Positions 27,776 through 40,914 of a DNA stretch of 64,000 bases are shown here, one piece after another. The first letter of the stretch is position 1. Each line of letters opens with the position of its first letter. The notes below the pieces were generated by a model. The model was not told where the DNA came from. It worked only from the letters and a program-made list of their open reading frames with translations, and did no database searches. Made by a program: the position numbers and the translations under genes. This DNA comes from Eledone cirrhosa (lineage: Eukaryota): positions 69,316,001-69,380,000 of the forward strand of contig OZ024745.1 of assembly GCA_964016885.1 (NCBI GenBank). The letters run 5' to 3'.

Positions 27776-27801
27776 CCCTCTCTCTATATTTATATATATA
27801 G

Positions 27802-27874
27802 TGGGTCGTCAAGTATAACATTTGTAGAAATTTTTAGAAAGGAAAATTCTACAAATTTCATACTTGACGACCCA
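27802..27874. repeat. Small imperfect palindrome (MITE-like) between TA runs
   Basis: tgggtcgtcaagtat / atacttgacgaccca outer arms; atttgtagaa / ttctacaaat inner arms. Confidence 0.8.
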
Positions 27875-28992
27875 ATAAATATATATATATATTCGTGATC
27901 AAAATGAAAGTTTATTATATGTATCTCCATGTAGATAAACAGCTAAATATTAGATATATAGTTTACCAAGCCATTGAAACCTGGTAGATTAGTAATTACG
28001 AAAGAAGAATTAAATTCTTGAAAGAAAACCTTTTGTTTATTCTTTCAATAATTATTAGAGTGTATTAAGTGTGATAGACTGGCTTCCTACAAAGGATGGA
28101 CTAGTCTTGTACTCTCAGTACAACATAAATGAAGTCGGTATAAGATTATTTCTGATAGCCTGAGGTTTTCGGACAGAATTTAAGGAAATTATGTTTTAAC
28201 AAGTACTATAATATCCTTAATTTTTACTATTGCTAAAGTACTGAGCATGAGCATCTTTACGTTTCATATAGGCAAGTTTCTGATCAGAACTGTAGATGTA
28301 TTTAATATAGCTGGATAATTTATAAACGAAATTTTATTCGTATCAATTATAATGTGAAACTCTCTACAGGGAGCTAGCTAATACGGTTTATTAATTTCAA
28401 TTACTGGCAAGTTACGTGTACAATTATGTAGTGATAGGTTGTTAGCAAACACAGAATGCAGTCTGATATTACTTACGCCGTAAATGTCACTAGGAAATTA
28501 ACAAATGCAGCAATATTATGCATGCGTTACTCTAAACAACTGAGGCCTCATACCGATATAAAGAATGAAGTGTAGTAGGGACGAGGAAGTTGACCGCGAA
28601 AGTCGGAGTTAATTATATGAGGCCCTTCACAGGGATTAAACACTTTAATGACTTTCTGAGTGAATTGTTTAATAGGATTGACTAAAGTACTCCTATTTTA
28701 TATTGAAAAACATATTTACGATGAATAACCATAGAGTTAGGTGAAGGTGGTCTTGAAAATGAGTTGCATAAGGTCTTAACTGTGGCTATGTAGACTGTAC
28801 TTCGAATGTTGTATTACAGTGCTGATTATCAATGTTGTAGAATATGTATTGTGTGGCTCATTTTATTTACTTATATGCTGATGGTCTAAAGTATTGTCGG
28901 GCGAGTTACAAAGTACATTGTACGGAATATTCGCCGAGAGTTCTATTAATACTGAAACATAAACTTTGTATTCAGAAGATGGTTTTAATGAC

Positions 28993-29049
28993 TTGATATA
29001 CCTCAGCCTGCATGATGTTTGATATACCTCAGCCTGCATGATGTTTGAT
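28993..29049. repeat. 26-bp tandem duplication
   Basis: ttgatatacctcagcctgcatgatgt present twice. Confidence 0.9.
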
Positions 29050-29480
29050 TGGGCATATTCAGGTTATGTTTCTTTAAAGATTTTAAATATCGCAAGGGGG
29101 AACATTTGTTTAATAATTTTTTGGAAAACCTCAGGTAATTTAAAGTTATCCACATTAGTCTATTACATATTTAATATCTAACAATATTCATATTTTGTAC
29201 GAAGAACATTTACTTGAGCTATTTTTCGACAACCATATTCATTTATTGTTTATTTCTTTACTGTCTCAGTCAATAGACTGCGGACATACTGTGGCACTGC
29301 GATAATTCCGTTGATCATGAAAAATAATACATATTCTTTCGAGTCTAGTATTTAATCTCGCCATCTCTGTTTTTATCGAACCGCTAAGATACCAGACATA
29401 AACAAAGAAAGAGACAAATGTCAACACATACATTCACATAGACGCACACACACACACAGAGCACACACACATGCATCCCC

Positions 29481-29484
<4 letters not shown>

Positions 29485-29536
<52 letters not shown>

Positions 29537-29671
29537 AAGGAAGTTGAAGATGTAATTGGAGTTATTAAGAAGGTTTATTTAGAAAACCATCTTAAAGACT
29601 CCAATTGCATTTTCAATTGCATTACACACACACAGACACACACACACATTCACACACACACATGTGTATGT

Positions 29672-29766
<95 letters not shown>

Positions 29767-29775
29767 TGTATGTGT
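29485..29775. repeat. (TA)n and (TG)n microsatellites
   Basis: Direct runs. Confidence 0.9.
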
Positions 29776-31345
29776 TTACATGTGTCTACCTGTGAGAATA
29801 GATAGATACACTTGCACTACGTTGTTGGACAGTGAAACTCAATCAACAACCAGGTGGTTGAGAAGTAAAGTCCCTAATGACATAGAGCTGCCTGCGTTTA
29901 TGCCATTGATATTTAATATCCACGCCCAACATTCCATTCATCTCTTTCTATGTATGATCACTATTTAATTGAACATCATAATAAAATATGCTTCGCTGGG
30001 AGAATCTATTAATACTAAAATAAGCCATTTACTTCAAAGAACAAATCCACGGAAAATACTATTATCTATAATGTGCAAACATTCCGATTATTTTGTCTAT
30101 TGCTTGTTTTCTTTTAGACTATCTATTTGTGTGCAGGGATTGTTTTACTCTTAATTATATAACTAGTATACCTTGATCGACGTTTCTTCAATTTACTCTG
30201 GAACGTGACCCAATAAGGACATTGTTAGGAAAAACTATTATACAGATCCGAATTACATGTCTTTAATCTTATAGAGAGAGTTATGATGATTGTTATTATG
30301 CAGTAGGATTCTTGATCCGTCTCGATCTCTCCTCCAAGTCGTGCATTAACCTTTAGCCGGTTGCGTATTTCATAGGTACATGTATTCACAACGTAATTCG
30401 CAGGATCTGCGCAACATAACATGGGAGAAAACTAAACTTATAAATATCAAGGACAACGTTCGTCTATGCAATTTCATTTACATGCCTTGGATTCAACCAA
30501 TTGTCTAAGATGCGATACAGTGACATCAAAGCTCGGATTTTATGATTAGGAAATTACATTCTTAACCATGCTGCCATTCATGTGTCCATGCCAGGATTAT
30601 ATAATTGATTAAACACGGTGCTACTGATATATACTATTACTCTACAGAGAGACGTTCGGCAAAGCGGAGACATTGCCAACTGTATGAGAGTATCCATGTT
30701 GAAATTACCAAAATGGTTGCTTACACTATGTACAAGCCAAAATTCTGTTCATGAGTTATTTGTTTTTTATGGCTGTAGAATATTGATGCCATTTACACGA
30801 TGTGTCCGCGGCTGCTTGCTGTCGTATATAACCATTATCCATATATATATAAGAGAAAATAATAAACAATGTCACTATTAACTCTTTATTACAAGTTAAC
30901 TGTTGGGTAATAATATACGAGATTACTGTCCTTTCTATAGACGTTCTAGGCAAGTTATTAAGAAAACTGCACAGGTAATCAAAAAACAAGACCCATCAAC
31001 AAAGACACCCTTTCCGATAAATAATAGATAATGCTGATCGATAAAAAGAAATATTAGCTTCACTCTTACATCAAGATACTGTGCAATTTGTGGGTGAGGT
31101 TTAAATTGGCAATGCAAGAATCTGATAAAATGTTCTGAAAGTGTCATTTAATATAAAGCATATCTGTTCCTTCTCTGTTATCCACGAACATACGGGTGTA
31201 TAATAGTATTTTAAATTACATTCTGCAGCGTATGCACTTAATCACAAGTTCGCTAATCTTGGAATATACTTATCCATTTTTGGACAAATTCATATGTTTA
31301 GAGAAGTTGTTGGTATATTAGTAATTCCTATATTATATTGGTCGA

Positions 31346-31524
31346 TTGGCAGTATCAGTAGAGAGTCGGACGCCATGCTTTGCATCATAGAGTTACGGCC
31401 CTTGCCATTCTGAGTTAAAATCCCGCCGAGGTTAACGTTGCCTTTCATCCTTACGGTTCAATAAAATAAAGTACCAGTAATACACTGGATAATTACTGGT
31501 CTTGTGCCAAAAGTAGAAACAATT
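31346..31524 (+). mobile_element. SINE family A
   Basis: Aligns with copies at 5544 and 60182. Confidence 0.88.
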
Positions 31525-31689
31525 ATATTATATCTACACACCGAACACACACACAATTTAAACATAAATGTCTGTAGAGGTAGAAACACGGATACACATG
31601 CAAACACACACACACAGACACGCATACACAAATACGCGGGCAGTACAGGTGCACAGCACATAAAGACAAAATAGTAAAAAAAAACAGGA

Positions 31690-32000
31690 AAAGATTATAG
31701 ATAGACACATATGCCGACCTAAACGCATGCGCAGTCCAGGTGCTCAGCTCATAAATACAAGATGGTGTACAGCAAAAAAAAACAAAGACGAGAGACAAAG
31801 TAACGAAGGTATTTACTGGAGAGGTCACAGAATATGTGACGAACGAGCTTTGACAATTAAAAATTGCACACCCATCCGGTTATTAAACCATCTAAGGTAA
31901 GAATTAGTTACTTAATCAATAATAATAAATTGTCATGAAACTCTACTGGTGAGCGTATTTTTATTTGCAACATGATTACTCTCCAAGTTATAACAATATA
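31690..32000 (+). mobile_element. Diverged 3' end of a P1-related PLE
   Basis: cgcatgcgcag, ctggagaggtcacagaatatgtgacgaac and ctggtgagcgtat...gcaacatga...tataacaata are collinear with P1 10156-10452; ends at (TA)n. Confidence 0.7.
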
Positions 32001-32018
32001 ACAATATATATATATATA

Positions 32019-32210
32019 TAGGAAAAAGTATGACCCCGACGGCAGAGCTCAAGCCGTTTCGACGGCTATGTCCAGAATTAGCCGTCGAAACGGCTTGAGC
32101 TCTGCCGTCGGGGTCATCATTTTTCCTATTTCCCACTCTACTACCCTAAGTATTGAGTAATCTGGTGCGTTATTGTCCATCTGGTTCCTTACCACAATTG
32201 CTTTGTTATA
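32019..32210 (+). mobile_element. Hairpin-plus-tail element family H, copy A
   Basis: Arms 32019-32068 and 32079-32128, tail 32129-32210, (TA)n on both flanks; homologous to 48410 and 49108. Confidence 0.85.
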
Positions 32211-32550
32211 GTTATATATATATACATATTTATATATATATAACAAAGCAATTGGGGTAAGGAACCAGATGGACCATATATATATATATATATATATACA
32301 TATTTTTATATATATATATATATATATGTGATATTTTGTATTTTTACAAATATATACACTGCCAAATTCATTCGCCTAATATAGAGGTTCCATCCCTTGC
32401 TAAACCCCATGTGGATTTAGTAACGGGTTCTTCTGTATATTCGAACGAAATGCCTGTTGAGAAAGTGGTTTTCCTCGTTCATCTTTCTGCCAGAAGCCGA
32501 ATATTTTTTATGTAAGCTATTGTGTTAGTGATGTAGGGTTGCATTGCCTG

Positions 32551-34147
32551 GATGTAAACATCGTAGTTAAGACACCCCCACTAAAGAACAGTCAGGAACT
32601 AGAGAAAAACACAATGGAAAGCATCCAGCAAATAGCAAACTCCATCCACCAGAGCATTAGAGTTACTATAGACTACCCAAGTAGACACCCCAACCATCGA
32701 TTACCTGTACTAGACATAGAGCTCTGGTTAGATACCATTAACAACCAAAAACAAATCCTCCATTCCCATTATGCCAAACCCATGACTTCCAAACATCTGA
32801 TCCACCGAAACTCGGCCATTTCGGACCATACCAAAATCAACATACTGATTGCGGATTTGGTACGGGTGATGAGAAATGTGTCCCGCATGTGCAACCCCGA
32901 AGAACTAGAGAGACACATACAACACTTCATCCACCGTATGCAATTCTCTGGCTACAATCAGAGAGATAGAATCAGAGTGTATAGAGGAGCCAGAACCAAA
33001 TGGGAAAAAATGGTAAATAATGACATAAATGGGACCTGCCCCTTGTATAGGAGCACATTTTGGAATAGAATAGAAAGAACTAGGAACAAGGCCAATTGAA
33101 TAAACTCATGGTATGATAGCAATAAATACCAGAGTGTAATGTTCATCAATACAACCCCTAGAGGCGAACTAGCCTACAAATTTAGAAGGGCCCTAAATAA
33201 ACATAAACTCAATATTAAGATAGTAGAAAGACCAGGTACCTCCGTAAAAACACTTATTAGCAAGACATACCCGTTCCAAAGACCCTCATGTATAGATAAG
33301 AAATGTATAACCTGTAAAATAAGCCCCCATATTAACTGTAAAACTAGAAATGTAGGGTATAGCATAAGATGTACTGAAAGACAATGTAGAAACAAAAATA
33401 TAGTGTACATAGGTGAGACAGCTCGTAGTATAGGGGAACGAATAAATGAACACTGGCGAGACCTTCAAGATAATAAAGAATCATCTGTGCTCTACCAACA
33501 TGCTAAGATAGAACACGGGGGTAAATTAGAGAACATAGAAATAAAAATAGAACCCACACACAGAAAAGATGCAATGTTTAGGCAAATTACAGAGGCAGTA
33601 AGCATAAAAGAATTACAACCAAAATTAAATAGAAAATATGAGTGGAACAGCAACATCACAACTTACAATTAAGGTCAAAATGAAAACATACACACACATA
33701 GAACAAACAACCAACCAACAATAAATAAATAAATAAATAAACAAATAGATAAATGAACACAAACACACACAGACACCCGGATGTGGCGCATGCGCAAACT
33801 GAGCACACAACACACACACAGAAACAAAATGGCGTAGGACAGAAGAAAGGAAAGGCATAGAAACAAAGAAAGGAATCCCCAGTCACTGAAGAGGTCACAG
33901 AGTGTGTGACGAAAGGACTATGACTATATATAAACAACTATCTGGTTGTGGAACCAACCAACCAACCAGAAATTTATAAGTTTGTAGATTTGTAAATTTA
34001 TAAATTTATAAATATATAATAAATTGAAGTGAAAGCAACTGGTGCGTGTGTTTCTTATTGGCAACATGACCCTCCCAAAGTATAACAATATCGGTTTCAA
34101 CACACGATTTCAGATAAAGAATCTTGCTAAACAAATTCAGAAACGAA

Positions 34148-34148
<1 letters not shown>
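32551..34148 (+). mobile_element. PLE family P1, 5'-truncated copy with tail
   Basis: High identity to 7433-10510; ORF remnants 32539-33099 and 33139-33672; same 58-nt tail (34091-34148), then (TA)n. Confidence 0.93.
33881..33925 (+). ncRNA. Minimal type I hammerhead-like motif (P1)
   Basis: AGUCA CUGAAGA G GUCAC-loop-GUGAC GAAAG GA CUA UGACU; stem I AGUCA/UGACU is perfect. Confidence 0.62.
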
Positions 34149-34205
<57 letters not shown>

Positions 34206-34703
34206 GCTAATTATCATGCTGCTTATCCATTACGTTGCGACGCCTCTATGATGGTAAACAGTTGTAAGCATGTAAAAAAACAGTCCACTTCAATCTTACA
34301 TATACACCATTCAGGATTACGATGGCAATGATGAAACGCGATGGAGACGGAAATTCTATATATGAATTAACGTTAAGACAGATGTTATGGTAGCATAATC
34401 TTATTACTTGCCTAATATTTATTTCAGGAATACAAGAGCACAACCGTTATGCATTCAATACAACAGCAGCTTGCTCCGCTGAGACATGTTTACACAAAAA
34501 TGAGGAATTTTCGAAAATATGTAAGTCTTTTCTTGCGGCATATCAGCTGGGTCAATGTCTTCATATAATTATGTTAACATCTGAAGATGTCACACAGGTG
34601 CCAGTTGTTGCTTTAATTATTGCATAGCCGTTATGCACTGGTGTTACGGGAATACGTTTTATGCAATAAATATGATTATGCTGCCATAATATCCGACTTG
34701 ACG

Positions 34704-34735
<32 letters not shown>

Positions 34736-34758
34736 TATACCATAATATCCATCTTAAC

Positions 34759-34815
<57 letters not shown>

Positions 34816-34825
34816 TATATATATA

Positions 34826-34925
<100 letters not shown>

Positions 34926-34948
34926 TATATATAGGTATATATATATAC

Positions 34949-35791
34949 CTATATCCAAAATTAAGATAAATCAATTGAATTTAATCGAAATCAAAATTAT
35001 GGGTGTCATGCCAGAAAAACATGCGCCATATCACCCGCAAAATAAGCTCTAAGATTCTAACGAGTAGGTCCGAATCATTTTATAATAACTAGAAATTGAT
35101 TAACATAAATAAACATGAATAATCACAGGAGATAATTTTTACAAGTGTGTAACCACACGTAGCTAGGTAGGTAACTAAATAAAGTTGACCAGAACTTCAA
35201 AAATAAATACCTTATAATATGATTAATCTTCACTGTATATATTCCATTAAAGAAATATATTTCACCAATTAATCGAATGGTAAACCACGGAAGCGGATAC
35301 TTGGATTTTCAACAAGGAAGAAGTTCCAGCGATCAGTGTTTACACTTCAAGTTCAAATCAGCGACTGGTCGGCAACACGTGCTATATCTACTAGAAATAC
35401 ACACATCATACTAGCTTCGTCCCAGTGGCGTGAATAGGGCTATCGACAACTAGAAACAGCAGTCGAGTCTTTTCAAAAGAGTTAGCTCTACAATTAAGGA
35501 GCCGTATTTATATATCTATATCCAAAATTAAGATAAATCAAATGAATTTAATCTAAATCAAAATTATGTGTCATGCCAGAAAGACATGCACCATATCAAC
35601 CGCAAAGTAAGCTCTAAGATTCTAATGAGTAGGTCCGAGCATTTTATAATAACTAGAAATTGATTAACATAAATGAACATGAATAATCACAGAAGATCAT
35701 TTTTACAAGTGTGTAACCACACATAACTAGGTAAGTAACTAAATAAAGTTGACCAGAACTTCAAAAATAAATACCTTATAATATGATTAAT
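34949..35791. repeat. Two direct repeats of about 278 bp (34949-35227, 35516-35791)
   Basis: Collinear copies with scattered substitutions; the left copy abuts a long (TA)n. Confidence 0.92.
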
Positions 35792-35804
35792 TTTCAAACT
35801 TTGT

Positions 35805-36135
35805 CAAAAGGTATGTTGAAGAAAATGAAACAAAACTTCTAATGGATCAAAAACAAGCCTACAACGTTGTCGTTGATTCTATCCGTAATGAGGGAGAGGG
35901 TATATTCTTCCTGGACGCACGGGCAAAACATTTGTAATCAAACTTTTATTCGCTGCAGTGAGGCAACACGGAGACATGGCATTGGCCGTGGCTTCTTCCG
36001 GCATTGCAGCAACTTTGCTGCCTGGTGGCATGACGGCCCATTCTGCTTTCAGTCTTCCTCTCAAGGTGGTATCATCTGAGACACCCACGTGCAACATCAG
36101 CAAGTCTTCCGAAAAAGCTCTGGTGTTAAAGCGCT
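35805..36135 (+). mobile_element. Helitron Pif1-like helicase fragment
   Basis: DQKQAYNVVVDSIRNEGEGIFFLDA /frameshift/ GKTFVIKLLFAAVRQHGDMALAVASSGIAATLLPGGMTAHSAFSLPL...TCNISKSS. Confidence 0.9.
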
Positions 36136-36229
36136 GAGCAGGTCAAAACATAGATAAGGTTTTCAGATGTGGCCACCTCACACAAGCCAAAATGCAATTT
36201 TGTGAGGATGCCACACAAGCCAAAATCCA

Positions 36230-37315
36230 ACAAACCCTCACAATGAACCCTACAGTAACAAAACGCGGAAGGCCCAACTGTGGCATGTGCATAAATCTAA
36301 TAGAAGGATCAACATTTCATTTTAAACAAGGACAGCGTTTCACAGTTAAACACAACTTTACATGTGCATATAAAAACCTTACCTATGTTTTGGCCTGCTC
36401 AGGTTGTCAAGAGCACTACATAGGACAGGCAGAAAACAGCCACCGTCAACGTATGACCGTCCATAAATCACAAATTAAAATACAGGAATACAGAAAGATT
36501 GCATTTAGTGAACATATCGCCAATTGTGCTCACAACCAACATCCAAACTTTAAAATTTTCCCATTTACAAATTCATAGACAACGCTACTTTCATCCAACG
36601 TACCAATAAGGAAACATACTTCATTAATAAATTCCAACCCCTACTTAATGCTCTAAAAATCGGACCAATCTAAAACTGCTGCAAACAATCAAACATTTAC
36701 AAAAGTTACCTCCCTCACACCCTACCTAATCCTTTTTCTTAAATTAATTAAATATCATCCAGCAAGAGTTGCTTCCCCCTGCATATTAGCTCTGTAAAAA
36801 GGGAAATCATATCAAACCTCAGTCCACCATTTGCTTCCATCACGGAATCATGGATCAATTAAGCACTCTTGCTATATTAACACATTTTGATTTGCTTAAC
36901 TTCATTGACTATGCATGTAAATAACATTATTGTTTCTTACACATTGACTTTTATGCTCTATATTATGCACGTCTTTTTTCCTTTTTCTTTTTTCTTTTCA
37001 CTTCATAAACCTTGTTGTAAATAACATTATTCTTTCTGCACCTTCTGTTTAACATGTGGGACACCACACTAATACATTTCACTATCATTTGATAATGCAT
37101 AAACATGCTGAAACCGGTAATAGACAATAATTAAATATATAAATAGATAAATAAATGACATTGTTAAATAATAAATAAATCAACCTTAACACTTCACACA
37201 AAGTAAAGCATTTCATTTTAATCATTTTCTAACCCAGAAAAAAGAGAGAGAGAGAAACAAAAAAGGAAGAAAAATATATATTTCTTCCTAATAATCGTCT
37301 CGTTCTCCCTGTTTT
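36230..37315 (+). mobile_element. PLE family P2 3' fragment: GIY-YIG remnant and 3' region up to (TA)n
   Basis: GRPNCGMC...FTCAYKNLTYVLACSGCQEHYIGQAENSHRQRMTVHKSQI in ORF 36192-36578; hammerhead-like relic at 37082-37122; right boundary inferred. Confidence 0.78.
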
Positions 37316-37366
37316 CATATATATATATATATATATAACCTAACTCGTGTGCTTCCTCTCCACATT

Positions 37367-37397
<31 letters not shown>

Positions 37398-37400
37398 TTA

Positions 37401-37483
<83 letters not shown>

Positions 37484-37574
37484 ATTTATATATATATATA
37501 TATATAGTGTATATATATATATATACAGTACATATATATATATAGCATATATATATATATATATAACTTTGATA

Positions 37575-37790
37575 ACTTTGACAGGTTTCGGCCAGTATTG
37601 GCCCAGGCCATGTCTAACTTAATAGCACCACCTTGCGAAGTCTTACAAATCAGTGTTTGGGCACCATGGCCTACTCGAGCAGAGAGCTATTGTTTACGGA
37701 GGCATATCCGGGTGTAGGGGGCTTATCCGGGATTTCTTGAAGGAATTTATCCAAATACTTTTTGAACTTGATGGGGTCTGTCACTAACAC
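37575..37790 (-). mobile_element. CR1/L2-group LINE 3' end
   Basis: Reverse translation TDPIKFKKYLDKFLQEIPDKPPTPGYASVNNSSLLE*, a typical FK..LD.FL..IPD.P ORF2 C-terminus. Confidence 0.7.
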
Positions 37791-37829
37791 ACAATCACAA
37801 AACAAGCCCCCTGCAACAGTCAAAACCAG

Positions 37830-38160
37830 CCACCACACTAGCCTCCACATTATTACTCGATACAGAAGGTATCAGCCCATCCATTAATGCACAGAAATGG
37901 AAGATGCAATTCATTGAGGATTGGGTTGGTAACCATCCATTTCCCATCCTCGTCTTCATTCTTACTGAGACACACCTTGACAACTCCCCCTTGGAGGCCG
38001 AAGTAAGAGTGAGAAATGTTGATGTTGGTGGAAGTGTGTGCTTGTCTAAAAGACCAGTCGACATGTGATAGCATGATTCCTTTATGGCAGATGGCAACAC
38101 AGCATTCTCTAATGGATACTGTGAATCAGTCAGTGTGCACAATAAAGCCAATGACCTGAC
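37830..38160 (+). mobile_element. LINE AP-endonuclease N-terminal fragment
   Basis: LLLDTEGISPS...KWKMQFI...FILTETHLDNSPLEAEV...FSNGYCESV. Confidence 0.6.
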
Positions 38161-38171
38161 CAATATGTATA

Positions 38172-38207
<36 letters not shown>

Positions 38208-39407
38208 AGGATTAAAATACTGGAGCGTGTTGGAGTTAAACACCCTCTTCGTATTATAGAAATGACAGTAAAAGGTATAGCTCAATGCAGTTAAACAGAG
38301 CCGAAAAATTAAGAGAGTAAAACAAAGAAGCCTTTAATACATCAACATTTTTATTAGATTTACTATTCACTGTCTGGCACTTACTTACACATCCACATAT
38401 GTCTGTCACTAACCTTGTAATTATAAGTAATTATATATTATATTATGTCAATTTATTTCATATAATATATTATATTATATTGTATTGTAATATTGATCCT
38501 TATTACTTACTGTTCATTATATGTAACATTATGATATTTAAACTTTATATATCATGTAAGGTGTTTGTATTTTTCTGTACCATCACAATGTTTTTTGAGT
38601 ATTGTATAATTTATTTTTCCTCATTTACTCTGTAACCCAGTATGAATCGATTTGTTTACTTGAATACCATTATATTATATATTGTTTATTGTAAATGTTA
38701 GCACATTGTTAATATATTATTATTATATTATTATTGTGAAATCTATATTGTTTGTGTAAATTAACCGGGGATCATCTATTATATTGAATTATATAATTGT
38801 ATTGTTTATTATTTATTATATGTGTTTCTTGTAATTATATCATGTATATTGGGTAGATGTATTGGTATTATTATTATTATTATTATTTTCACTCTTATCA
38901 TGCTTATTTTTATATTCAAACTCCTAATAAGGTTTAATTTGTGTAGTTGAAGATAGATGTGCGTATTGTTGTATGTGTGTGTGTGTGTGCGTGTGCCGAC
39001 ATATATACATGTGCATATTGTACCTTTTTGATTTTTATTGTAATTTTAATGTTGGTAAAGGTATATTATTATAATGTATTATATTACATTACATTGTGTT
39101 ATATATAATTCCTGCTCTATATAACCACCTTCGTTTAGCTCTAGGTTATTTGCTTTGGACTATATTTGTAATATGGTTCTTAATGTTATATACATCCTTA
39201 GTTATTCTTATATATTTTTATTATTTTTATTATATATTTTTGCAAGACTTTAGTGTATGTACACTCCATATTCTTCGGAGCTTCCGGCTTGTATCTGCCG
39301 ATATTACTTCTTGTTGTTTTAATTGCCCTGATGAGTCCTTAATAGGACGAAACATTGTCGGCTAATAAAAACTTTTGATGTATTAAAGGCTTCTTTGTTT
39401 TACTCTC

Positions 39408-39412
<5 letters not shown>
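38208..39412. mobile_element. Non-coding hammerhead-bearing element with 50-bp inverted repeats and a one-sided tail in (TA)n
   Basis: Inverted repeats 38308-38357 and 39362-39412; tail 38208-38307; hammerhead adjacent to the right repeat. Confidence 0.8.
39325..39362 (+). ncRNA. Minimal type I hammerhead ribozyme with canonical core
   Basis: GCC CUGAUGA GUCCU-UAAU-AGGAC GAAAC AUU GUC^GGC; all conserved core bases present; predicted cut after 39359. Confidence 0.88.
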
Positions 39413-39457
<45 letters not shown>

Positions 39458-39634
39458 AATAAAATGCACAGTTCATAACTCATATTGTTACCCTGTAATT
39501 AACAACCCTTGTAATTTTAGACACACGATTTACTGTGTATATTACTACATATAGTATTACTACATATATGTATATATATATATATATATATACATGTATG
39601 AGTATGTGTATGCATGTGTGTGTATGAGTGTGTT

Positions 39635-39945
39635 AGAAGGGACATTGCTTATTGGTTAAATTGTTCAGCCCAAAGCATTTGTTCAGGTGTTCGATACCTG
39701 CTAGTGCATTGTGTTCTTCAGAAAGATATGTTTTTACGTTGCTCTAAACCACTCATCGGACAAACAGATAGTCATAGCTGCAACTCAAAAGGTACGGCCT
39801 TGACACATCATGCGTCACACTGCATCTCCTCACGTTAAGAGTACACATGTCTGTGGAATGCCGAGCTAGTTGCACTTTAATTTTACCACCAATCTATTCC
39901 GTTGATTAAACAACTAGGACAAGCGTTGTCGGAACCGATGAGGGT
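39635..39945 (+). mobile_element. Degenerate SINE of a second family
   Basis: A-box-like ttattggttaa and B-box-like tgttcgatacc followed by ttgtgttctt...acgttgctct...; heavily decayed. Confidence 0.45.
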
Positions 39946-40329
39946 ACAATCATCCTCTGAGTCTCTATATGGGTGTATGTGTGCGCGCGTGCGCACCCGT
40001 GCGCGTGTGTGTCTGCGTACGCGTGTGTCAGCTTAAAAATGTATGTATATTTGATAAAATAACTAAAAACCGTTAGTGGTTAAATAAGAAGACCGTTAGT
40101 GGTTAAATTGTCAAAAACATCACCCACACAAGATTGACAAACCTCATTTGCTAAATTCACTAATATACCTTGTGGGTGATACATGTGATTCCCACCTGCA
40201 TGAAACTATCCCTTGCTCTACATGTAAATCTATGTATTTAATGTAAAAACCTTTACGTTATATTCCAAACACCAACCTAATAATGGTTTCTTATTTATGC
40301 ACAATGACAACAATGTTGGTGGGAAGGGA

Positions 40330-40505
40330 ATGTCGATTAAATGAACCCAACTACGTTGCTGTTGCTTTATTTTATCGATCCCTACAATGTTGAAAGGCAA
40401 ATCTAAACTCAATGGGATTTCAAATCAGAATGTAAAGGGGTGAAAATATATGTCGTAAAGCTTATTGACCGACACTCTAATGATACTTCCTTTCCACCGA
40501 CCTTA
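40330..40505 (-). mobile_element. Degenerate SINE family A
   Basis: Reverse strand reads aggcggtggaaagg...ttctgatttgaaatccc...tttgcctttcaac...gggatcgataaaataaag. Confidence 0.6.
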
Positions 40506-40881
40506 AACACCAACCTAATAACGAGAACTAATTTTTGATGATCCTCAAACAATCCTTGATGATTATCAAACAGTTTTTGGGAATCAAAGCCAGTCTTTTA
40601 TGAGAAATAGGGTAACGAAAAGGAGAACATGAAACCTGCGTGATTTTGATTCCACTAGTTATAGAGATGCCTATAAACATATATATCATGAAGATATATC
40701 ATGAGCAATGATGAAAGAATAACTGTACAACATATAGAATTAAATTTTACAAGGAAATGTGTTATCGACGAGATTTAATGTTGCGCCTACAGTCACATTC
40801 GTCAGAGTTCAGGTGGTTTATTGGTTGGAGCTGTTATATATATATATATGTGTGTGCGTGTGTGTGTGAGTGTATATATAA

Positions 40882-40914
<33 letters not shown>

